From Anaerolineae bacterium (lineage in GTDB: Bacteria > Chloroflexota > Anaerolineae > Epilineales > Epilineaceae), in the NCBI GenBank assembly GCA_029262755.1, contig JAJCYU010000008.1, positions 114-64,113 on the forward strand: a stretch of DNA of 64,000 bases, read 5' to 3'. The translations under genes and the position numbers were made by a program. The notes under the pieces are model-generated. The model saw nothing but the letters and a program-made list of their open reading frames with translations, searched no databases and was not told where the DNA came from. Positions within the stretch are counted from its first letter, which is position 1, and each line of letters opens with the position of its first letter. Shown in pieces: positions 38,552 through 49,198 of the stretch.

Positions 38552-39726
38552 CGATCCGTCCCGTGTGACGCAGAGACCGGGGCGCTGAGAGGGAAGAATC
38601 GGCCGGCGATGCACGGGAGCAGGCCGGGGCCGTTCATGCCCTGGTAACCGCGGCGGCCGGCGGCGGTTGCATGGCAGGCGCGCTCGCGCAGCATGGCGGC
38701 GGTGATCGTGACGCCGTGATCTCGTTGGACGGCCCTTTCGTGCAGGCCGTAGGCGTCCGGTGACGTGCAGGGGGCGTCGGCGGCGCGTTGGGAGAACGGG
38801 GCTTCGTCCGCGCTTTGGTCGATCCACGCGCCGAGCTCTTGGAAGCACAGCGTCCGGCCGTCTTCGAGACGGACGGAGCGGGCGAGGCTGAGGACGACGT
38901 CGCTATCGGTGAAGCAGCGGACGTTCGGGAAGGCGGTTTCGGCGCCGTGGCAGGGGGACCAGCCGCTGGCCATGGCGTGTTCCAAGACGACAACCTCTGG
39001 GGGCGCGCCGATGATCACGTCGCCGATCGTGGGGTCGCGGCCCGCGCAGTCGGCCGGTGCGGGCCACACGCCGTCGGGGTGGACGTTGCCTTGGGCGTCG
39101 AGGACCGCGAGGAGATCGATGCAGGTGCCGTCCGCGGCGCAGTAGCGCAGCGAAAGGCGCAGCGGGATGATCGGGTCCGCCAGGCGGCCGGTCGCGCGGA
39201 TGGCGGCACCGAGCGCGGGTTGCTCGTCGTCGACCAGGGCCCACGCGCCTTCGCCGAGCGGGCCGAGCAGTGCGTGCTCACCAGGTGCTAGTGGGCCGCT
39301 GGACCAGAACGCGGTGCTCGCGGAGCGCAGCGTCGCGCCGCCGTTCGTGAGACGGATGGCTGCGCCGGTGGCGGGGCCCAACTCGGCCGGGTGGAAGCCA
39401 TCGTCGTCGAGAATCACGTCGTGGACGGCTGTCGGAGCGGCGGCGCGCCACGACAGGCCCGCACCGGTACCGTCCACGCCCGTCGCGTCTAGCCAGACGC
39501 GCACATCTTCGCAGCACGAACCGCCGCACTCGACTGGTGGGAGCGCACCGTCCGGAAGCTCGCCGTTCGAACGTTCTTCGGCCGTCGAGAGGAACGTGCG
39601 GGTCGCGCCGTCCACGGGTTCCCTGACCGATTGCGCGTTGACGGGACTCGGGTTACTGTGCCCGGCAAGCAACGTCATCCATACCAACAAGCCCAAACCA
39701 AACCTGCGAATCAAAGAGGTGGCCAT
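38548..39726 (-). CDS. secreted Cys-rich hypothetical protein with a cupredoxin-like segment
   Basis: AAAGGA SD; signal peptide MATSLIRRFGLGLLVWMTLLAG; segment DDGFHP...IRLTN...WSSGPLAPGE. Confidence 0.6.
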   Translation of the reverse strand: MATSLIRRFGLGLLVWMTLLAGHSNPSPVNAQSVREPVDGATRTFLSTAEERSNGELPDGALPPVECGGSCCEDVRVWLDATGVDGTGAGLSWRAAAPTAVHDVILDDDGFHPAELGPATGAAIRLTNGGATLRSASTAFWSSGPLAPGEHALLGPLGEGAWALVDDEQPALGAAIRATGRLADPIIPLRLSLRYCAADGTCIDLLAVLDAQGNVHPDGVWPAPADCAGRDPTIGDVIIGAPPEVVVLEHAMASGWSPCHGAETAFPNVRCFTDSDVVLSLARSVRLEDGRTLCFQELGAWIDQSADEAPFSQRAADAPCTSPDAYGLHERAVQRDHGVTITAAMLRERACHATAAGRRGYQGMNGPGLLPCIAGRFFPLSAPVSASHGTDR

Positions 39727-39883
39727 CCCAACATCCTTTCTCAAAGCGGGTGTTTCAAGCTTCAAAACGATCGTGCTTAGAGCGTAGGGAAGGCGCGTTG
39801 CAGGCATATCCCACGGTGCTCCCACGAAGGAATGGGGGCTTCGGCAAGCGCTCGGAAGAGAGTCTTTAAGATTTCTTATGTTA

Positions 39884-39913
39884 TTGACACGTTTTGCTCG
39901 GTCGTGGTACCCT
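39884..39913 (+). promoter_or_regulatory. putative sigma70 promoter for the cohesin-LysM gene
   Basis: TTGACA, 18-nt spacer ending in TGn, TACCCT, in an AT-rich divergent intergenic region. Confidence 0.45.
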
Positions 39914-40014
39914 GCGCGGAGCATCCGCGCGTCAACGGATAGCAAGCCCACGTCGCGCGGGATCGTCCGGACTCGTGCATTCGGACGCCGCGTGACATCA
40001 AGGAGGTTGGTCGG

Positions 40015-41256
40015 ATGATCCACATCGTACGTGCCGGTGGACGGCGCTTACTGCTCGTGGCGGGCCTTGCGGCTCTTGCCATGGCGCTGGCGCCTCATGC
40101 CGTGCTTGCCCAGGACGCTACCGTCGCGATCTCGCCCGCGGACAAGGGCGTGGCCTGTAATGAGAACACGACCGTCAGCGTGATGATCAACAACGTAGAG
40201 GACCTCTTCGGGGTCGATTTCAAGATCAGCTATGACCCCAACGTGGTCGACGTGGTGGATGCCGATGGCGGCAATCCCGGAACGCAAATTCAGCAGGGCA
40301 CCTTCCCCGACGTGAGCGGCGGGCAGGGCCTGGTTCAGGTCAACTCGGTCGACGTCGGCACAGGCACGATCAGCTACGCCGCGACCCTGATCAACCCGTC
40401 GCCCGCGCAGGACGGAAGCGGCCCGGCGGCGCAGATTACGTTCACGGGCAAGGCCAATGGCACGACGGACGTCGAGCTCGTGGCCGTGCTGCTGTCGGAC
40501 AACCTCGCGCGGCCCATTCAGGCCGTGCCGATCGACGGCAAGATCACGGTCAGCGGTTGCGACGGAGGCGGTCGTGCAACCGCGACCTCGCAGACGCCAT
40601 CGACACCACCGACACCGGCGACTCCGGCGACCCCGATCCCCGGTGACGACGATGATGACGATGACGATGACGACGACAAGGAATGCGCCCACATCGTGAC
40701 CCGCGGCGAGAACCTCTACGGCATCGCGACGCGCTACGGCGTGACGGCAACGGCCCTGGCCGCCCGCAACAATATCAAGAACCCGAACTGGATCTACGTC
40801 GGCCAGAAGCTGTATATCCCCGGCTGCGTAGGCGGCCGACCCGGTGGCCCTGCGCGACCCGGCGACGGTCCGGATCGGCCCGGTGGTAATCCGGGTGGCG
40901 GCGAGTGCTTCGGCTACTCGATCCAGAACGGCGACCACCTCTTCGGCATCGCGCTGCGCTACGGCGACACGGCCTACAACCTGGCGCTGCGCAACGCGAT
41001 CGTGAACCCGAACCTGATCTATGTCGGCCAGCGGATCGAGGTCTGCGGCGACGGCAAGGCGCCGGCTCCCGGGCCGGGCCCGGCCCCGAAGCCCGTTCCC
41101 GGCGGCAAGTGCAAGTTCACGCACTATGTGAAGCCCGGCGAGAACTTGTTCCGCATCGCGATCAACTACGGCACGAGCTACAACACGCTCGCCACGGTCA
41201 ACAATCTGGTCAGCGCCGAGCTGATCTACGTCGGCCAGGGGCTGTGCATTCCGTAG
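40015..41256 (+). CDS. secreted cohesin-like domain + three LysM domains
   Basis: AAGGAGG SD; signal peptide; V.INNV.DLFG.DF.ISYDP..V...G.G.AA.ITF; three LysM repeats (GENLYGIA.RYG...N.I.NPN.IYVGQ); poly-Asp tract. Confidence 0.88.
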   Translation: MIHIVRAGGRRLLLVAGLAALAMALAPHAVLAQDATVAISPADKGVACNENTTVSVMINNVEDLFGVDFKISYDPNVVDVVDADGGNPGTQIQQGTFPDVSGGQGLVQVNSVDVGTGTISYAATLINPSPAQDGSGPAAQITFTGKANGTTDVELVAVLLSDNLARPIQAVPIDGKITVSGCDGGGRATATSQTPSTPPTPATPATPIPGDDDDDDDDDDDKECAHIVTRGENLYGIATRYGVTATALAARNNIKNPNWIYVGQKLYIPGCVGGRPGGPARPGDGPDRPGGNPGGGECFGYSIQNGDHLFGIALRYGDTAYNLALRNAIVNPNLIYVGQRIEVCGDGKAPAPGPGPAPKPVPGGKCKFTHYVKPGENLFRIAINYGTSYNTLATVNNLVSAELIYVGQGLCIP

Positions 41257-41300
41257 GCTGGACAAGCTGTGGGCTGGACAAACTGTGAGCTGGATACAAC
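41257..41300. repeat. 16-bp tandem repeats after the LysM gene
   Basis: gctggacaagctgtgg / gctggacaaactgtga / gctggata. Confidence 0.55.
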
Positions 41301-41341
41301 GCAGCGCACGATGAAAGCTTGCAGCACATGACGAACGCATT

Positions 41342-41369
41342 CCGGAGGCCGCCGTGAGGCGGCCTCCGG
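41342..41369 (+). terminator. GC-rich hairpin, probable terminator
   Basis: ccggaggccgcc-gtga-ggcggcctccgg perfect 12-bp stem; no U tract. Confidence 0.5.
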
Positions 41370-41726
41370 TGCGTATGGGGTGAGCGGGGTTCGGTGCGAG
41401 CGAGAGGGCCCGGCGGTAGAGCCTGGGCGGCCGGGTCGACGTGAGGCGTAGCGCGCACTAGCGGAGGTCGCCGAGAAGGTCGCCGCGGAGTACTGGGCGC
41501 GCACCAGCGGAGGTCGCCCAGCAGGTTGCCGCAGAGCACCGCGTACGTCGCCGCGAACGAGGCCTTGCAGGTCGACGAGCGCATCGCCCCGAACATGGAG
41601 GACGAGGTCAATGAACGGTTCGCCGAGTAGCCGAAAGAGTCCGTCGACCAGCACGGCGTCACGCCGAGACCGGTGCATGCCGGGCCGCTCTTGCATCGCC
41701 CTCGGGCCGCTGCCATCCTGGCACGC

Positions 41727-44700
41727 ATGAGCGCGCCCGTCCCTCCCCCCGTCTCGCCCACCGGCGCGCCGCGCAACGCGCGGACCGCCCCGTTGCGGAG
41801 CCAACGTCTCCGCCGCCGCATCGCCCCGCCCGTCGTGCTCCTGATGCTGGTTCTGGGAGCCGCCGGACCGTGGGGGGCGCGGCGTCCCGTCGCGGGCCAA
41901 GAACCGCCGACCGTGACGCTCAGCGGCCAGATCGGCGGGCTTGCGTTGGATGTGGCCGTGGTCGCGGCCGGCAGCGCGGACGGAGCCGCGAGCCTGCGCG
42001 TCGCCGTGGGGCCGCGGGTGCTCGCGCTCGACGTCGGGACGACGGCCGGCGCGGACGGCGCACCGCCCGTCACGACGACCGCGACCTCGCCCCTGTTGCC
42101 CGGCCTGGTGAGGGCCGTGGCGGTGGCCGAGGACGGGCGTACGGTTGTCGTGGGCGATGCCTTTGGCGTAGCCGTATGGGACGGCAGCTCCGACGTGCTT
42201 CGACGTACGTTGGATGCCTTCGACGGGCGTGCAGTGACCGTCATCGGAGCGCGCGCCGTCGTGGCTACGCGCGAGGGGGAGATCCGCGTCGTGGATCTTG
42301 CGGACGATGGCGGCGGCGCCCCGGACGCGACGCTCGCCGTAGCCACGGCCGCGCCGGCGGTGGCGCGTGGGACGGCCGAGAACGTCGTGGCCGCGGCGCG
42401 TGTGGGCGACACCTGGTGGGTGGCCGTGCAGGCATCGGACGAATTGCCCGTCGCGTGGCTTGTGCCGATCGCGCTGGTTGGGGCGGAATCGCCGAGCCCG
42501 GGGGCACCCGTGCCGCTCGAGGCGCTGGTGCAGGACGTCTCCGCTACGGCGGATGGAGGGTTGCTCGTCCTGCAGGAACGACTGGGGCTTGCGCGTTGGG
42601 ACGTATCGGACCCGGCGGCGCCTATCGCGGGCGCCCGGCTCTCGCCGGAGGGATTGGATGCTCCGCTTCGTGGTGTGGTCGCGGATCGGGACGATCCACA
42701 AACGGCTTGGTTGCTCGGCGGCTTCGCGGGTGTCTTGGATGGGGACGGTAACTCGGGCACCGGACGCGTATGGCGCATGGCGCTGCCCGAACCGGGCGAT
42801 AGCGCGGCGCCGAGCGTAGCAGCCGTGGTCGCTACGGATCGGATTGCGGACCGTGGGGTCGCGTTGGGCGGCGGGCTGCTGTGGGCACTCCACGGCGATA
42901 CGGCGCTGTCCGCGGTGCGCACCACCGACGGTGCGCCTCCTTCCGGGAACGCGCCGACGCGGATCGGCTCGGCGTGGGCGAGTGTCGGCCTGGTTCGCGG
43001 CACCGCGGCGCGCCCCGATGGCCGGGTCGCGGTGGCCGCGGGTCCGGCGGGTGTCTGGCTGCTCGCCGACCAAGGCGCGGCCGGCTACGCGGTCGTCGAC
43101 GGCCCGTGGTCGGTCGGCGGCGAGGCGGATGCGGTGGCTTGGGACGCAGAGGGCCGGTTGTGGGTGAGCATGCAGCGGCCGGGCGCGGTGCAGGTGCTCG
43201 AGCTCCCGAGCACGCCGGGCGACGATCCGGTCAGCCTGGGGCGGCTCGAAGGGCTGGGCACGCCCGTCGACTTGGCGCTCGACGAGGAGCGCAGGCTGCT
43301 CTATGTGGCCGATGCCGAGACCGGTCTGTGGATCGCGAACGCGGACCCGGCGGCGCCGACCTTGATCGCGGAAGCAGCGGAGCTGACGGAGGCTTGGGCG
43401 ATCGTTCCGGACGTGGACCGGGTCTGGGTGGCCGGCGGCGATCGCGGCATCTATTGGATCGACACGCTGAATCCGGCCGCCACCCGCAGCGTGTACTCCG
43501 CCAACACGCCCGGGACGGCCTTCGGGCTTGCGCGCTTCGGATCGCACTTGCTCGTGGCCGATCTGGAAGGCGGCTTGCAGACCATCCGCACGCTTGCCGG
43601 ACGCCCGATGGCCGGTGGTAGCCTCGCGCTCGGCCAGGTCGTGGACGTCGCGGCGGTGGGCAGCTTCGGCTACGCGGCTGTGACGGGCGTCGGCGTCTTC
43701 GAATTCGATGCGCAGGACATCCGCGTGTTGACCGCACGCCGCGCCGTGCGTGTGCCGGGGCTTGTGCGGCGCCTCGAGTCGATCGAGGCGCGTGTAGGAG
43801 GACGCCTGCTTGCGACCGCGGGCACGGGTGGGCTGAGTTGGTTGGCGGTGCAAGCGCCACCGGGCTTGCCGACGCAGACGCCGCGGCCCACCGCGACCGC
43901 AACACCGACCCCGCCGCCGCCCGCCTTCATCCCTTGGGCCGGCACCGGCCGGGAGGAGACCCCGCTGCGCTTGAAGGATCGCGCGATGTTCACGGCCGAG
44001 GAGCTGGGCGGCCGGGCGCTGGGCGGCGTGGCGCTGCGCGGCGCACGGGCGGTGCTCGGCCTGGCGAACGTCCGTGGCGGCCCGCGCGCGGGACTTGCAC
44101 TGCTGGCGTTGGACGAAGTGCCGCCGCGCCTCTTCGGGCGACACGAGGGCCTGGACGTCGCGCCGCGCGATCTTCTGTTCGACGGCGCGCTGGTGGCGGT
44201 GGCAGCGTGGACCGACGGGCTGCAGCTGGTGAGCGTCGATTCGCTCGGCCGCTTCACCACGGCCGGATCCCTCAGCATGACGCTGCGCGCCGGCGCCGTC
44301 GCACAGGGCGAGGAGGGTACGCTCTACGTGGGCGGCACGCGCCTGGACGCCGGCCCGCGTGGAGGCTTGCTCGCCGTCGACGTGGCGGACTCCAGTGCGC
44401 CCCTTGCCCTCGCGGAAGCGCGCTTGCCCGACGCGGGCGCGATGGCGTATTCGGACGGCGCCCTCTTCGTTCTCGACTACACCGCCGGCCTACGCGTTTT
44501 CGACGCGCGCACGGTCGGCGCGCTCACCGAAGCCGTCACGATACCCGCACCGGGCGCGGCCGACATCGCCGCGCACGTTGCGTCGGACGGGCGCGTGCGC
44601 GTGGCGCTGGCCGTGCGCTCCGACGGCGGCGCGGTCGACGGCGGCCTCGTCCTGCTCGACACGACCGATCCGCTTTCGCCGACGGTCGCCGGCCGCTGGG

Positions 44701-45035
44701 CGCGTAGCGGCGACGAGCCGGGAGCGCTGGCTCGCTTCGTGGCGCTGACCGAGGCGGAGATTCCGGGGCTGGGGGATGACGGTGGTAGCGGCGACGCACG
44801 TCGCGATCGCACGGTCGCGGCACGCGTGGCGCAAGCCGAGGCTCGGGTCGTGGCGTGGATAACCGGAGAGCGGACGCTCTTTGCGTTGGACGTGACGGAC
44901 ATCGCGGCGCCGCGCCTGCTCGCCGAGCTGCGGATGCCGGCCGGCGGTCTGACCGGACTGGCGGCGGACGGCGCGCGTGCGATCGTGCTGCACCGCACGC
45001 GCGGCGCGATCATCGTGGACTTGATGGCGCGCTGA
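41727..45035 (+). CDS. large exported LVIVD-repeat beta-propeller protein
   Basis: Signal-like VVLLMLVLGAAG; many blades (GLARWDVSDP, LYVADAETGL, GLVLLDTTDP); internal PT linker plus AFIPW. Confidence 0.8.
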   Translation: MSAPVPPPVSPTGAPRNARTAPLRSQRLRRRIAPPVVLLMLVLGAAGPWGARRPVAGQEPPTVTLSGQIGGLALDVAVVAAGSADGAASLRVAVGPRVLALDVGTTAGADGAPPVTTTATSPLLPGLVRAVAVAEDGRTVVVGDAFGVAVWDGSSDVLRRTLDAFDGRAVTVIGARAVVATREGEIRVVDLADDGGGAPDATLAVATAAPAVARGTAENVVAAARVGDTWWVAVQASDELPVAWLVPIALVGAESPSPGAPVPLEALVQDVSATADGGLLVLQERLGLARWDVSDPAAPIAGARLSPEGLDAPLRGVVADRDDPQTAWLLGGFAGVLDGDGNSGTGRVWRMALPEPGDSAAPSVAAVVATDRIADRGVALGGGLLWALHGDTALSAVRTTDGAPPSGNAPTRIGSAWASVGLVRGTAARPDGRVAVAAGPAGVWLLADQGAAGYAVVDGPWSVGGEADAVAWDAEGRLWVSMQRPGAVQVLELPSTPGDDPVSLGRLEGLGTPVDLALDEERRLLYVADAETGLWIANADPAAPTLIAEAAELTEAWAIVPDVDRVWVAGGDRGIYWIDTLNPAATRSVYSANTPGTAFGLARFGSHLLVADLEGGLQTIRTLAGRPMAGGSLALGQVVDVAAVGSFGYAAVTGVGVFEFDAQDIRVLTARRAVRVPGLVRRLESIEARVGGRLLATAGTGGLSWLAVQAPPGLPTQTPRPTATATPTPPPPAFIPWAGTGREETPLRLKDRAMFTAEELGGRALGGVALRGARAVLGLANVRGGPRAGLALLALDEVPPRLFGRHEGLDVAPRDLLFDGALVAVAAWTDGLQLVSVDSLGRFTTAGSLSMTLRAGAVAQGEEGTLYVGGTRLDAGPRGGLLAVDVADSSAPLALAEARLPDAGAMAYSDGALFVLDYTAGLRVFDARTVGALTEAVTIPAPGAADIAAHVASDGRVRVALAVRSDGGAVDGGLVLLDTTDPLSPTVAGRWARSGDEPGALARFVALTEAEIPGLGDDGGSGDARRDRTVAARVAQAEARVVAWITGERTLFALDVTDIAAPRLLAELRMPAGGLTGLAADGARAIVLHRTRGAIIVDLMAR

Positions 45036-45217
45036 GATAAGCGTGGGCGGTCGAGCGGGATTGGCCCAAGGGCGGTGGGTGCGTCCGTACGACGTGTACG
45101 ATGACGTAAGCGGTTGAAGCTATCGATCGCCGCCGTGCCGGCAGCAGGTGACTCGTGTGATAGCGGTCGGTGCGGCACGCGAGCCGCCACGACGGACCAC
45201 AGGGACGAGGAGAGGCT

Positions 45218-46132
45218 GTGACGGGGTTTGAGAGCGGTGTGTTCGGCTGGATGGATACGGTGGTATGGGGCGGGCTCGTCGCGTGGCGCGCGTTGGCGGT
45301 GGGGGCCGTGCTCGCGGCCGTCGTTGCCGGTGCGGGGCTCGTGACCGGGGCACTCGGCCGCTCCGGAGCGATCGGAGCGTGGATCGTCGGTGCGCTGATC
45401 TTCGGCTTGGGCGGTCCGGCGTGGGGCGTGCTCGTGATCGTGTTCTTCGTCAGCTCCAGCCTCGTGTCGCGTTGGCGCGACGAGCTGAAGGCAAAGCCGT
45501 CGGCCGTGTTTGCGAAGGGCAGTCGGCGCGACCTGGGGCAGGTGCTTGCCAACGGTGGGGTGGCATCCGCCCTGGCCGTGGGTCACCTGGTGTGGCCGGA
45601 GTCTCCGGCTCTCTTCGCCGCTTTCGTTGGTGCTATTGCCGCCGCTACGGCTGACACTTGGGCCACGGAGATCGGCTTGCTCAGCGCCGCACCGCCGGTG
45701 CTCATCACGACGGGCGAGCCCGTGGAGCGAGGCACGTCGGGCGGGGTGACGGTGCTCGGCACGGTCGCCGCCACGGCCGGCGCGGCCACGATCGGCTTCG
45801 CGGCGATGTTGCTCTTCGCGAGCCGCGTGGCGCTGGAGTTCGGCATCTACGATGCCCGGATGATGGACTTCGGCAGCCTGGCGATTCGTCTCTTGCCGAT
45901 CGCCGCCGTGGCCGGCCTAGCGAGTGCAGCCATCGACAGCCTGATGGGCGCGACCGTACAGGCCGTGTACTACAGCGACGCGTTGCAACGCGAAACGGAG
46001 CGGCCGCGGAATGCGGAGGGCGAGCGCCATCCGCTGGTCCGGGGCAAGCGCTGGATCACGAACGACGTGGTGAACGTGGTGGCGAGCGTTTGTGGGGCGG
46101 CGCTGGCGTGGGTGTTGGCGGTGGCGTGGTGA
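45218..46132 (+). CDS. DUF92/TMEM19 family membrane protein
   Basis: FFVSSS, R...QVLANG, AAATADTWATEIG, GTSGGVT.LG, DSLMGATVQ, NDVVN. Confidence 0.9.
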   Translation: MTGFESGVFGWMDTVVWGGLVAWRALAVGAVLAAVVAGAGLVTGALGRSGAIGAWIVGALIFGLGGPAWGVLVIVFFVSSSLVSRWRDELKAKPSAVFAKGSRRDLGQVLANGGVASALAVGHLVWPESPALFAAFVGAIAAATADTWATEIGLLSAAPPVLITTGEPVERGTSGGVTVLGTVAATAGAATIGFAAMLLFASRVALEFGIYDARMMDFGSLAIRLLPIAAVAGLASAAIDSLMGATVQAVYYSDALQRETERPRNAEGERHPLVRGKRWITNDVVNVVASVCGAALAWVLAVAW

Positions 46133-46257
46133 AGGGGCGAGCGGTGTTGATCACCGCTGTGCACCAAAGAGGCGTATTCGCAGGACACTCGGAAGGCGAC
46201 TCACCGCGACGATGTCGGACGTGTCGCGGCTCGGGGTGATCATCCGACGACCCCACC

Positions 46258-46926
46258 CTACTCCGCGAACACCGGCAGGTGTCCCAGCGCCAGGACGTGC
46301 TGCCAACGATCGGGGTCGCCCTCGGTGAAGACCGCCATCTCGGCGGCGATGCCGGCGCCCGCGCGTTGTAGGATGTCGTGCATCGCGGCGAGCGTGCTGC
46401 CGGTAGAGATCACGTCATCGACCAGGACGGCGCGCGCGCCTTGCAGGAGGGGGCGGTCTTTCGCGTCCAGGACAAGCTGCTGCTCGGCGCCCGTGGTAAT
46501 GCTCTTGGTCGTGGCGCGGAGGCTTTCGCCCATGTAGGGCTTCCAGGACTTGCGCAAGATGACATGCGGCAGGCCGCTGCGCCGGGCCATGGCGTAGGCC
46601 AGCGGGATGCTCTTGGCCTCGGCGGTCACGAGGACCGTGGCATCGTCCGGCAGCATCGCGCACAGGCCCTTCGCGGCGGCCTCCGTGACCTCGACGTCGC
46701 CGAGCATGTTGAACACGGCGATCGAGACGCCCGGCGCGACCTCGAAGAGCGGCAGATCGCGGCGGAGGCCGTCGATCGTGACGGGCCACGTGGTGGGGGC
46801 TGGCGCGGATGCAGGGTTAGGGGGGTGGGCGGGAGTCGTGGCGGGATTCGTAGCGGGTTCGGCGGCGGGAGACGGCGCAGGGGAGGCGGGATCGCGCGCT
46901 TCGGTCGGATGATCGCCGGCGCTCAT
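46258..46926 (-). CDS. purine (adenine-type) phosphoribosyltransferase
   Basis: [21 protein letters not shown] motif [14 protein letters not shown] overlaps hutU stop. Confidence 0.85.
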   Translation of the reverse strand: MSAGDHPTEARDPASPAPSPAAEPATNPATTPAHPPNPASAPAPTTWPVTIDGLRRDLPLFEVAPGVSIAVFNMLGDVEVTEAAAKGLCAMLPDDATVLVTAEAKSIPLAYAMARRSGLPHVILRKSWKPYMGESLRATTKSITTGAEQQLVLDAKDRPLLQGARAVLVDDVISTGSTLAAMHDILQRAGAGIAAEMAVFTEGDPDRWQHVLALGHLPVFAE

Positions 46927-48659
46927 GCGTCTTCGTCCGCGCGCATCGGGATGCGCAGGCCTTGGGCGCGGGCTGTGTCCAGCGCGATGTCGTAGCCGGC
47001 GTCCGCGTGGCGGAAGACGCCGAGGGCGGGGTCGTTGGTGAGGACGCGCTCGATGCGCGCGGCGGCTTCCGGGCTGCCGTCCGCCACCACGACCTGGCCG
47101 GCGTGCTGCGAGAAGCCGATACCCACGCCGCCGCCATGGTGGAAGCTGACCCACGTGGCGCCGCTGGCGACATTGGCCATGAGGTTGAGCAGCGGCCAGT
47201 CGGAGACCGCGTCCGTGCCGTCCTTCATGCCCTCCGTCTCGCGCCGCGGGCTGGCCACGGAGCCCGTGTCCAGGTGATCGCGGCCGATGACCAGCGGCGC
47301 AGAGATCCGGCCGTCTGCCACCGCGGCGTTGAAGGCCAGGCCGGCCTGCGCGCGCTCGCCTTGGCCGAGCCAGCAGATGCGGGCCGGCAAGCCCTGGTAC
47401 GCGACGCGCTCGCGGGCCATGTGCAGCCAGCGGTGGAGGGGTTCGTCGTCGGGGAAGAGCTTCGCCACGATCTCGTCGGTGACGTCGATGTCCTTCGGAT
47501 CGCCGGACAGTGCCGCCCAGCGGAAGGGGCCCTTGCCCTCGCAGAAGAGCGGGCGAATAAAGGCCGGGACGAAGCCGGGAAAGTCGAAGGCGTTCTCGAC
47601 CCCGGCATCGAAGGCGCGCTGGCGCAGGTTGTTGCCGTAGTCGAACACGATCGAGCCGCGCTCCTGGAAGGCGAGCATCGCGCGTACGTGGTCGGCCATG
47701 GATGCCATGGACTCGCGTTCGTAGGCGACGGGATCCGCGCTGCGCAGAAGGTCGGCCTCCTCGGGCACGAGGTGGTGGGGGACGTAGGCCATCACGTCGT
47801 GGGCCGGCGTCTGATCGGTCACGATGTCGATTGCGTAGTCGGCGCTAAGGATCGTGGGCAGGATTTCAGCCGCGTTGCCGAGCAGGCCGATCGAGAGCGC
47901 TTCACCGGCCTCTTTAGCACGGGTAGCCCGTTCGAGCGCTTCCTCCACGTCGGCGGTCCACGTGTCCAGATAGCGGGTCTCGATGCGCCGCTCGATTCGC
48001 TGCTGGTCGACTTCCACGACGATCGCGACACCCTCGTTCATCGTCACGGCCAGGGGCTGCGCGCCGCCCATGCCGCCGAGGCCCGCGGTGAGCGTGATCG
48101 TGCCGCGCAGGCTGCCGCCGAAGTGGCGGCGGGCGCATTCGGCTAGCGTTTCGTAGGTGCCCTGCAGGATGCCCTGGGTGCCGATGTAGATCCATGAGCC
48201 GGCCGTCATCTGCCCGTACATCATCAGGCCCTTGGCCGCGAGGTCGTCGAAGTGCTCCTGCGTGGCCCAGTGGGGAACTAGGTTGCTGTTGGCGATCATC
48301 ACCCGTGGCGCGTCGGCGTGGGTGCGGATGACCCCGACCGGCTTGCCGCTTTGGACCAGCAGCGTTTCGTCGTCCGCCAGACGACGCAGCTCATGCACGA
48401 TCGCGTCGAAGGCCTCCCACGAGCGCGCGGCTTGGCCGCGCCCGCCGTATACGACGAGCTGGTCGGGGATCTCGGCCACTTCCGGATCGAGGTTGTTCAT
48501 CAGCATCCGCAGCGCCGCTTCCTGCAACCAGCCGCGGCAGGAGATCGTGGTGCCGCGCGGGGCGCGTACGGTGCGCGCGCCGGAAGGGGCCGCGGGGGAC
48601 ACCGGGGCCGCAGGCGGTGGAGCGGCTGAAGGGACGGAGGAGGGGGAGGGCGAGGGCAT
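46923..48659 (-). CDS. hutU: urocanate hydratase
   Basis: [62 protein letters not shown]. Confidence 0.97.
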   Translation of the reverse strand: MPSPSPSSVPSAAPPPAAPVSPAAPSGARTVRAPRGTTISCRGWLQEAALRMLMNNLDPEVAEIPDQLVVYGGRGQAARSWEAFDAIVHELRRLADDETLLVQSGKPVGVIRTHADAPRVMIANSNLVPHWATQEHFDDLAAKGLMMYGQMTAGSWIYIGTQGILQGTYETLAECARRHFGGSLRGTITLTAGLGGMGGAQPLAVTMNEGVAIVVEVDQQRIERRIETRYLDTWTADVEEALERATRAKEAGEALSIGLLGNAAEILPTILSADYAIDIVTDQTPAHDVMAYVPHHLVPEEADLLRSADPVAYERESMASMADHVRAMLAFQERGSIVFDYGNNLRQRAFDAGVENAFDFPGFVPAFIRPLFCEGKGPFRWAALSGDPKDIDVTDEIVAKLFPDDEPLHRWLHMARERVAYQGLPARICWLGQGERAQAGLAFNAAVADGRISAPLVIGRDHLDTGSVASPRRETEGMKDGTDAVSDWPLLNLMANVASGATWVSFHHGGGVGIGFSQHAGQVVVADGSPEAAARIERVLTNDPALGVFRHADAGYDIALDTARAQGLRIPMRADEDA

Positions 48660-48884
48660 GGCGGCTCCGGGCTGCAATCTGCTGAGGGGGCAGACAGGGG
48701 GCATTCCGTGGGTTGGTTGACGCGCGTCCCGCAGGATCGGCCGGCCCGTGCAACGAAGCGGGCAATCGCGGAAACACGGGGTGGCTATGGTGCCACACGG
48801 GCCAGGGCGGCACAACGGAATCCACGCGCCATTGCGCCGCGCGATCGGCTATACTCGCGCTGGGTCGCGACTTGGATTATGACG

Positions 48885-49045
48885 TGGCCCACGCCCCGTG
48901 GCGGGGGAAGTCCGGTGAGAGTCCGGCGCTGTCGCGCAACGGTAACCACGCTCGCCGCGAGTGGATGGAATGGGGAGATCGGCCTAGACGTCGGCCACCC
49001 TGATCGCTTCGCTCGCACTTCGTGGAAGCCCGAGTACCCGTCCGG
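48885..49045 (+). ncRNA. cobalamin riboswitch
   Basis: GGGGAAGTCCGGTGAGAGTCCGGCGCTGTCGCGCAACGGT (~48904-48943) and B12-box-like AAGCCCGAGTACCCG (49026-49040), upstream of an ECF operon. Boundaries approximate. Confidence 0.88.
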
Positions 49046-49198
49046 TGGTGTTCGTCCCATCAGCCCTCGCGTACCGGGGCTCGCGGACGAGGACCGGACG
49101 ACCCGGACCGTGAGCGTGCCCGACACGCAACGGCCGACGTAGCGGCCCCCGCCCTCGGCACCCCGGCGCACCGACCCCCGTGCCGGAGGCGCCGTCTC

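Noticed and set aside
41450..41680. ~47-bp imperfect duplication and possible gene fragment
   Set aside because: No consistent frame or recognisable family.
41226..44144. 972-aa minus-strand ORF and similar long antisense ORFs (14321-15718, 49280-51019, 40048-41340)
   Set aside because: Shadow frames of high-GC genes; Arg/Pro-rich with no recognisable motifs.
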